Positions 54,801 to 64,000 of a stretch of DNA of 64,000 nt are shown here, one piece after another (the first letter of the stretch is position 1; the number at the start of each line of letters is the position of its first letter). A program made the translations under genes and the position numbers. This stretch comes from Eledone cirrhosa (lineage: Eukaryota), in NCBI GenBank assembly GCA_964016885.1, contig OZ024744.1:30628001-30692000 (forward strand). Reading direction: 5' to 3'. The notes under the pieces were generated by a model. The model was not told where the DNA came from, searched no databases, and saw only the letters and a program-made list of their open reading frames with translations.

Positions 54801-57800
54801 ATATTAAAATTTTTTGATACCCAGATTCCTGATGATTTCTAAAGAATGAAAGAGTTCTAGTCCTGTAGAATCTCATGTATATTAAAATTTTTTGATACCC
54901 AGATTCCTGATGATTTCTAAAGAATGAAACAGTTCTACTCCTGTAGAATCTCATCTATACTAAAATTTTTTGATACCCAGATTCCTGGTGATTTCTAAAG
55001 AATGAAACAGTTCTAGTCCTGTAGAATCTCATCTATATTAAAAAATCTTGATACACAGATTCCTGATGATTTCTAAAGAATGAAACAGTGCTAGTCCTGT
55101 AGAATCTCATCTATATTAACATTTTTTGATACCCAGATTCCTGATGATTTCTAGAGAATGAAACAGTTCTAGTCCTGTAGAATCTCATCTATATTAACAT
55201 TTTTTGATACCCAGATGTCTGATGAATTCTAAAGAATGAAACAGTTCTAGTCCTGTAGAATCTCATCTATATTAACATTTTTGATACCCAGATTCCTATA
55301 ATTTCTAAAGAATGAAACAGTTCTAGTCCTGTAGTATCTCATCTATATTAATATTTTTTGACACCCATATTCCTGATGATTTCTAAAGAATGAAACAGTT
55401 CTAGTCCTGTAGAATCTCATCTATATTAAAATTTTTTGATACCCAGATTCCTGATGATTTCTAAAGAATGAAACAGTTCTAGTCCTGTAGAATCTCATCT
55501 ATATTAACATTTTTTTGATACCCAGATTCCTGATGATTTCTAAAGAATGAGACAGTTCTAGTCCTGTAGAATCTCATCTATATTAACATTTTTTGATACC
55601 CAGATTCCTGATGATTTCTAAAGAATGAAACAGTTCTAGTCCTTTAGAATCTCAAGCATATTAAAATTTTTTGATGCCCAGATTCCTGATAATTTCTAAA
55701 GAATGAAACAGTTCTAGTCCTGTAGAATCTCATCTATATTAACATTTTTTGATACCCAGATTCCTGATGATTTCTAAAGAACGAAACAGTTCTAGTCCTG
55801 TAGAATCTTATCTTTATAAACATTTTTTGATACCCAGATTCCTGATGATTTCTAAAGAATGAAACAGTTCTAGTCCTTTAGAATCTCATCTATATTAACA
55901 TTTTTTGATACCCAGATTCCTGATGATTTCTAAAGAATGAAACAGTTCTAGTCCTGTAGAATCTCATCTATATTAACATTTTTTGATACCCAGATTCCTG
56001 ATGATTTCTAAAGAATGAAACAGTTCTAGTCCTTTAGAATCTCAAGCATATTAAAAATTTTTGATACCCAGATTCCTGATAATTTCTAACGAATGAAACA
56101 GTTCTACTCCTGTAGAATCTCATCTATATTAAAAAATTTTGATACCCAGATTCCTGATGATTTCTAAAGATTGAAATATTTCTAGTCCTGTAGAATCTCA
56201 TCTATATTAACATTTTTTGATACACAGATTCCTGATGATTTCTAAAGAATGAAACAGTTCTAGTCCTGTAGAATCTCATCTATATTAACATTTTTTGATA
56301 CCCAGATTCCTGATGATTTCTAAAGAATGAAACAGTTCTAGTCCTGTAGAATCTCATCTATATTAACATTTTTTGATACCCAGATGTCTGATGAATTCTA
56401 AAGAATGAAACAGTTCTAGTCCTGTAGAATCTCATCTATATTAACATTTTTGAGACCCAGATTCCTGATGATTTCTAAAGAATGAAACAGTTCTAGTCCT
56501 CTAGAATCTCATCTATATTAACATTTTTTGACACCCAGATTCCTGATGATTTCTAAAGAATGAAACAGTTCTAGTCCTGTAGAACCTCATCTATATTAAA
56601 CATTTTTGATACCCAGATTCCTGATGATTTCTAAAGAATGAAACAGTTCTAGTCCTCTAGAATCTTATCTATATTAACATTTTTTGACACCCAGATTCCT
56701 GATGATTTCTAAAGAATGAAACAGTTCTAGTCCTGTAGAACCTCATCTATATTAAACATTTTTGATACCCAGATTCCTGATGATTTCTAAAGAATGAAAC
56801 AGTTCTAGTCCTTTAGAATCTCATCCATATTAAAATTTTTTGATACCCAGATTCCTGATGATTTCTAAAGAATGAAACAGTTCTAGTCCTGTAGAATCTC
56901 ATCTATATTAAAATTTGTTGATACCCAGATTCCTGATGATTTCTAAAGAATGAAACAGTTCTAGTCCTGTAGAATCTCATCTATATTAAAATTTTTTTGA
57001 TACCCAGATTCCTGATGATTTCTAAAGAATGAAACAGTTCTAGTCCTGTAGAATCTCATCTATATTAACATTTTTTGATACCCAGATTCCTGGTGATTTC
57101 TAAAGAATGAAACAGTTCTAGTCCTGTAGAATCTCATCTATATTAAAATTTTTTTGATACCCAGATTCCTGATGATTTCTAAAGAATGAAACAGTTCTAG
57201 TCCTCTAGAATCTCATCTATACTAAAATTTTTTGATACCCAGATTCCTGGTGATTTCTAAAGAATGAAACAGTTCTAGTCCTGTAGAATCTCATCTATAT
57301 TAACATTTTTTGATACCCAGATTCCTGATGATTTCTAAAGAATGAAACAGTTCTAGTCCTGTAGAATCTCATATATATTAACATTTTTTGACACCCAGAT
57401 TCCTGATGATTTCTAAAGAATGAAACAGTCCTAGTCGTGTAGAATCTCATCTATATTAAACATTTGTGATACCCAGATTCCTGATGATTTCTAAAGAATG
57501 AAACAGTTCTCGTTCTGTAGAATCTCATCTATATTAACATTTTTTGATACCCAGATTCCTGATGATTTCTAAAGAATGAAACAGTTCTAGTCCTGTAGAA
57601 TCTCATATATATTAACATTTTTTGACACCCAGATTCCTGATGATTTCTAAAGAATGAAATAGTCCTAGTAGTGTAGAATCTCATCTATATTAAACATTTG
57701 TGATACCCAGATTCCTGATGATTTCTAAAGAATGAAACAGTTCTGGTCCTGTAGAATCTCATCTATATTAAAAAATGTTGATACACAGATTCCTGATGTT

Positions 57801-58000
57801 TACTAAAGAATGAAACAGTTCTAGTCCTGCAGAATATCATCTATATTAACATTTTTTGATACCCAGATTCCTGATGATTTCTAATGAATGAAACAGTTCT
57901 AGTCCTGTAGAATCTCATCTATATTAACATTTTTTGACACCCAGATTCCTGATGATTTCTAAAGAATGAAACAGTTCTAGTCCTGTAGAATCTCATCTAT
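45880..58000. repeat. Large recent tandem duplication, 77/78 monomers (6004/6082 bp) x2
   Basis: CTACTCC at 46047/52051 and GAACGAAAC at 46895/52899 (offset 6004). TTCCTATAAT at 49211/55293 and GAAATAGTCCTAGTAGTG at 51578/57660 (offset 6082, after one extra monomer near 53600). Confidence 0.92.
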
Positions 58001-59840
58001 ATTAAAACTTTTGATACCCACATTCCTGATGATTTCTAAAGTATGAAACAGTTGTAGTTCAGTAGAATCTCATGTATGTTAACATTTTTTGATACCCAGA
58101 TTCCTGATGATTTCTAAAGAATGAAACAGTTCTAGTCCTGTAGAATCTCATCTATACTAACATTTTTTGATACCCAGATTCCTGGTGATTTCTAAAGAAT
58201 GAAACAGTTCTAGTCCTGTAGAACCTCATCTATATTAAACATTTTTGATACCCAGATTCCTGATGATTTCTAAAGAATGAAACAGTTCTAGTCCTCTAGA
58301 ATCTTCTCTATATTAACATTTTTTGACACCCAGATTCCTGATGATTTCTAAAGAATGAAACAGTTCTAGTCCTGTAGAACCTCATCTATATTAAACATTT
58401 TTGATACCCAGATTCCTGATGATTTCTAAAGAATGAAACAGTTCTAGTCCTTTAGAATCTCATCCATATTAAAATTTTTTGATACCCAGATTCCTGATGA
58501 TTTCTAAAGAATGAAACAGTTCTAGTCCTGTAGAATCTCATCTATATTAAAATTTGTTGATACCCAGATTCCTGATGATTTCTAAAGAATGAAACAGTTC
58601 TAGTCCTGTAGAATCTCATCTATATTAAAATTTTTTTGATACCCAGATTCCTGATGATTTCTAAAGAATGAAACAGTTCTAGTCCTGTAGAATCTCATCT
58701 ATATTAACATTTTTTGATACCCAGATTCCTGGTGATTTCTAAAGAATGAAACAGTTCTAGTCCTGTAGAATCTCATCTATATTAAAATTTTTTTGATACC
58801 CAGATTCCTGATGATTTCTAAAGAATGAAACAGTTCTAGTCCTCTAGAATCTCATCTATACTAAAATTTTTTGATACCCAGATTCCTGGTGATTTCTAAA
58901 GAATGAAACAGTTCTAGTCCTGTAGAATCTCATCTATATTAACATTTTTTGATACCCAGATTCCTGATGATTTCTAAAGAATGAAACAGTTCTAGTCCTG
59001 TAGAATCTCATATATATTAACATTTTTTGACACCCAGATTCCTGATGATTTCTAAAGAATGAAACAGTCCTAGTCGTGTAGAATCTCATCTATATTAAAC
59101 ATTTGTGATACCCAGATTCCTGATGATTTCTAAAGAATGAAACAGTTCTCGTTCTGTAGAATCTCATCTATATTAACATTTTTTGATACCCAGATTCCTG
59201 ATGATTTCTAAAGAATGAAACAGTTCTAGTCCTGTAGAATCTCATATATATTAACATTTTTTGACACCCAGATTCCTGATGATTTCTAAAGAATGAAATA
59301 GTCCTAGTAGTGTAGAATCTCATCTATATTAAACATTTGTGATACCCAGATTCCTGATGATTTCTAAAGAATGAAACAGTTCTGGTCCTGTAGAATCTCA
59401 TCTATATTAAAAAATGTTGATACACAGATTCCTGATGTTTACTAAAGAATGAAACAGTTCTAGTCCTGCAGAATATCATCTATATTAACATTTTTTGATA
59501 CCCAGATTCCTGATGATTTCTAATGAATGAAACAGTTCTAGTCCTGTAGAATCTCATCTATATTAACATTTTTTGACACCCAGATTCCTGATGATTTCTA
59601 AAGAATGAAACAGTTCTAGTCCTGTAGAATCTCATCTATATTAAAACTTTTGATACCCACATTCCTGATGATTTCTAAAGTATGAAACAGTTGTAGTTCA
59701 GTAGAATCTCATGTATGTTAACATTTTTTGATACCCAGATTCCTGATGATTTCTAAAGAATGAAACAGTTCTAGTCCTGTAGAATCTCATCTATACTAAC
59801 ATTTTTTGATACCCAGATTCCTGGTGATTTCTAAAGAATG
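56550..59840. repeat. Higher-order tandem duplication, 21 monomers (1639 bp) x2
   Basis: GAAATAGTCCTAGTAGTG at 57660/59299. CATGTATGTT and the pairs of 79-bp (T7) monomers repeat at the same spacing. Confidence 0.85.
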
Positions 59841-62800
59841 AAACAGTTCTCGTCCTGTAGAATCTCATCTATATTAAAAAATGTTGATACACAGATTCCT
59901 GATGTTTTCTAATGAATGAAACAGTTCTAGTCCTGTAGAATCTCATCTATATTAACATTTTTTGACACCCAGATTCCTGATGATTTCTAAAGAATGAAAC
60001 AGTTCTAGTTCTGTAGAATCTCATCTATATTAAAACTTTTGATACCCAGATTCCTGATGATTTCTAAAGAATGAAACAGTTCTAGTCCTGTAGAATCTCT
60101 TCTATATTAAAAATTTTGATACCCACATTCCTGATGATTTCTAAAGAATGAAACAGTTGTAGTTCAGTAGAATCTCATCTATATTAAAAATTTTTGATAC
60201 CCAGATTCCTGATGATTTCTAAAGAATGAAACACCTCTAGTCCTGTAGGACCTCATCTATATTAACATTTTTGATACCCAGATTCCTGATGATTTCTAAA
60301 GAATGAAACAGTTCTAGTCCTTTAGAATCTCATCCATATTAACATTTTTTGATACCCAGATTCCTGATGATTTCTAAAGAATGAAACAGTTCTAGTTCTG
60401 TAGAATCTCATCTATATTAAAAAATTTTGATACCCAGATTCCTGATGTTTTCTAAAGAATGAAACAGTTCTAGTCCTGTAGAATATCATCTATACTAAAA
60501 TGTTTTGATACCCAGTTTCCTGATGATTTCTAATGAATGAAACATTTCTAGTCCTGTAGAATCTCATCTATATTAACATTTTTTGACACCCAGATTCCTG
60601 ATGATTTCTAAAGAATGAAACAGTTCTAGTCCTGTAGAATCTCATCTATATTAACATTTTTTGACACCCAGATTCCTGATGATTTCTAAAGAATGAAACA
60701 GTTGTAGTTCAGTAGAATCTCATCTATATTAACACTTTTTGATACCCAGATTCCTGATGATTTCTAAAGAATGAAACAGTTCTAGTCCTGTAGAATCTAA
60801 TCTATATTAACATTTTTTGATACCCAGATTCCTGATGATTTCCAAAGAATGAAACAGTTCTAGTCCTGTAGAATGTCATCTATATTAAAATTTGTTGATA
60901 CCCAGATTCCTGATGATTTCTAAAGAATGAAACAGTTCTAGTCCTGTAGAATCTCATGTATATTAACATTTTTTGATACCCAGATTCCTGATGATTTCTA
61001 AAGAATGAAACAGTTCTAGTCCTGTAGAATCTCATCTATACTAACATTTTTTGATACCCAGATTCCTGGTGATTTCTAAAGAATGAAACAGTTCTCGTCC
61101 TGTAGAATCTCATCTATATTAAAAAATGTTGATACACAGATTCCTGATGTTTTCTAAAGAATGAAACAGTTCTAGTCCTGTAGAATCTCATGTATATTAA
61201 CATTTTTTGATACCCAGATTCCTGATGATTTCTAAAGAATGAAACAGTTCTAGTCCTGTAGAATCTCATCTATACTAACATTTTTTGATACCCAGATTCC
61301 TGGTGATTTCTAAAGAATGAAACAGTTCTCGTCCTGTAGAATCTCATCTATATTAAAAAATGTTGATACACAGATTCCTGATGTTTTCTAAAGAATGAAA
61401 CAGTTCTAGTCCTGTAGAATATCATCTATATTAAAATTTTTTGATACCCAGATTCCTGATGATTTCTAATGAATGAAACAGTTCTAGTCCTGTAGAATCT
61501 CATTTATATTAACATTTTTTGACACCCAGATTCCTGATGATTTCTAAAGAATGAAACAGTTCTAGTCCTGTAGAATCTCATCTATATTAAAAATTTTGAT
61601 ACCCACATTCCTGATGATTTCTAAAGAATGAAACAGTTGTAGTTCAGTAGAATCTCATCTATATTAAACATTTTTGATACCCAGATTCCTGATGATTTCT
61701 AAAGAATGAAACACCTCTAGTCCTGTAGAACCTCATCTATATTAAACATTTTTGATACCCAGATTCCTGCTGATTTCTAAAGAATGAAACAGTTCTAGTT
61801 CTTTAGAATCTCATCCATATTAAAATTTTTTGATACCCAGATTCCTGATGATTTCTAAAGAATGAAACAGTTCTAGTCCTGAAGAATCTCATCTATATTA
61901 ACATTTTTTGATACCCAGATTCCTGATGATTTCTAAAGAATGAAACAGTTCTAGTCCTGTAGAATCTCATATATATTAACATTTTTTGACACCCAGATTC
62001 CTGATGATTTCTAAAGAATGAAACAGTCCTAGTCGTGTAGAATCTCATCTATATTAAACATTTGTGATACCCAGATTCCTGATGATTTCTAAAGAATGAA
62101 ACAGTTCTCGTTCTGTAGAATCTCATCTATATTAACATTTTTTGATACCCAGATTCCTGATGATTTCTAAAGAATGAAACAGTTCTAGTCCTGTAGAATC
62201 TCATATATATTAACATTTTTTGACACCCAGATTCCTGATGATTTCTAAAGAATGAAATAGTCCTAGTAGTGTAGAATCTCATCTATATTAAACATTTGTG
62301 ATACCCAGATTCCTGATGATTTCTAAAGAATGAAACAGTTCTGGTCCTGTAGAATCTCATCTATATTAAAAAATGTTGATACACAGATTCCTGATGTTTA
62401 CTAAAGAATGAAACAGTTCTAGTCCTGCAGAATATCATCTATATTAACATTTTTTGATACCCAGATTCCTGATGATTTCTAATGAATGAAACAGTTCTAG
62501 TCCTGTAGAATCTCATCTATATTAACATTTTTTGACACCCAGATTCCTGATGATTTCTAAAGAATGAAACAGTTCTAGTCCTGTAGAATCTCATCTATAT
62601 TAAAACTTTTGATACCCACATTCCTGATGATTTCTAAAGTATGAAACAGTTGTAGTTCAGTAGAATCTCATGTATGTTAACATTTTTTGATACCCAGATT
62701 CCTGATGATTTCTAAAGAATGAAACAGTTCTAGTCCTGTAGAATCTCATCTATACTAACATTTTTTGATACCCAGATTCCTGGTGATTTCTAAAGAATGA

Positions 62801-64000
62801 AACAGTTCTCGTCCTGTAGAATCTCATCTATATTAAAAAATGTTGATACACAGATTCCTGATGTTTTCTAAAGAATGAAACAGTTCTAGTCCTGTAGAAT
62901 ATCATCTATATTAAAATTTTTTGATACCCAGATTCCTGATGATTTCTAATGAATGAAACAGTTCTAGTCCTGTAGAATCTCATCTATATTAACATTTTTT
63001 GACACCCAGATTCCTGATGATTTCTAAAGAATGAAACAGTTCTAGTTCTGTAGAATCTCATCTATATTAAAACTTTTGATACCCAGATTCCTGATGATTT
63101 CTAAAGAATGAAACAGTTCTAGTCCTGTAGAATCTCTTCTATATTAAAAATTTTGATACCCACATTCCTGATGATTTCTAAAGAATGAAACAGTTGTAGT
63201 TCAGTAGAATCTCATCTATATTAAAAATTTTTGATACCCAGATTCCTGATGATTTCTAAAGAATGAAACACCTCTAGTCCTGTAGGACCTCATCTATATT
63301 AAACATTTTTGATACCCAGATTCCTGATGATTTCTAAAGAATGAAACAGTTCTAGTCCTTTAGAATCTCATCCATATTAAAATTTTTTGATACCCAGATT
63401 CCTGATGATTTCTAAAGAATGAAACAGTTCTAGTTCTGTAGAATCTCATCTATATTAAAAAATTTTGATACCCAGATTCCTGATGTTTTCTAAAGAATGA
63501 AACAGTTCTAGTCCTGTAGAATATCATCTATACTAAAATGTTTTGATACCCAGTTTCCTGATGATTTCTAATGAATGAAACATTTCTAGTCCTGTAGAAT
63601 CTCATCTATATTAACATTTTTTGACACCCAGATTCCTGATGATTTCTAAAGAATGAAACAGTTCTAGTCCTGTAGAATCTCATCTATATTAACATTTTTT
63701 GACACCCAGATTCCTGATGATTTCTAAAGAATGAAACAGTTGTAGTTCAGTAGAATCTCATCTATATTAACACTTTTTGATACCCAGATTCCTGATGATT
63801 TCTAAAGAATGAAACAGTTCTAGTCCTGTAGAATCTAATCTATATTAACATTTTTTGATACCCAGATTCCTGATCATTTCCAAAGAATGAAACAGTTCTA
63901 GTCCTGTAGAATGTCATCTATATTAAAATTTGTTGATACCCAGATTCCTGATGATTTCTAAAGAATGAAACAGTTCTAGTCCTGTAGAATCTCATGTATA
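58900..64000. repeat. Higher-order duplication, 38/39 monomers (2959/3037 bp), second copy truncated by the window end
   Basis: GAAATAGTCCTAGTAGTG at 59299/62258 (offset 2959) and GTAGGACC at 60249/63286 (offset 3037). Confidence 0.85.

Larger units (their letters stand above)
1..64000. repeat. Tandem satellite DNA array, 78-bp monomer, ~820 head-to-tail copies, extends beyond both window edges
   Basis: The unit AATGAAACAGTTCTAGTCCTGTAGAATCTCATCTATATTAACATTTTTTGATACCCAGATTCCTGATGATTTCTAAAG (78 nt, 24 G+C) recurs from base 1 to the end. Most copies have a few substitutions and some are 76, 77 or 79 bp. I saw no unique sequence or reverse-oriented copies. Confidence 0.99.

Noticed and set aside
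38750-58800. T5/T7 length variants as sequencing errors
   Set aside because: Most recur at homologous positions in duplicated blocks, so they appear real. The singleton T4 near 44521 could still be an error.
1-64000. CRISPR array (constant block alternating with a variable block)
   Set aside because: The variable part is a set of point variants of one sequence, not unique spacers. There is no leader or cas gene.
1-64000. Heat-shock elements from the many GAA/TTC triplets
   Set aside because: The spacing is TTC-N4-GAA and GAA-N4-TTC, not the canonical nGAAnnTTCn arrangement.
1-64000. tRNA-derived or SINE-like tandem unit (tRNA-like length)
   Set aside because: I could not see a cloverleaf or intact Pol III A/B boxes in the consensus on either strand.
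1-64000. Assignment to a named satellite, CENP-B box or telomeric repeat
   Set aside because: I saw no CENP-B box or telomere motif and do not recognise the sequence. A database search is needed.

Overview
The whole 64 kb window is one uninterrupted head-to-tail tandem satellite array of a 78-bp AT-rich monomer (about 820 copies, one orientation, about 31% GC, no CpG in the consensus). Consensus: AATGAAACAGTTCTAGTCCTGTAGAATCTCATCTATATTAA(C/A)ATTTTTTGATACCCAGATTCCTGATGATTTCTAAAG. I see no genes, RNA genes, transposon insertions, inversions or CRISPR spacers, and the three listed ORFs are read-through artefacts of the repeat. The informative signal is the order of monomer variants. Diagnostic SNPs and indels show nested, in-register duplications of about 1, 2, 3, 4, 8, 17-25, 36-41, 77-78 and 83-86 monomers. 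They also show a conserved ordered cassette of about 9 monomers recurring across the window, two independent ~6.0 kb recent duplications, chimeric junction monomers and left-to-right zoning of variants. This architecture fits a eukaryotic centromeric or pericentromeric satellite with irregular higher-order repeats (inference). I cannot name the organism or satellite family, and I found no protein-coding or otherwise new biological system. Offsets were counted by hand from marker variants, and block boundaries are approximate to about one monomer.
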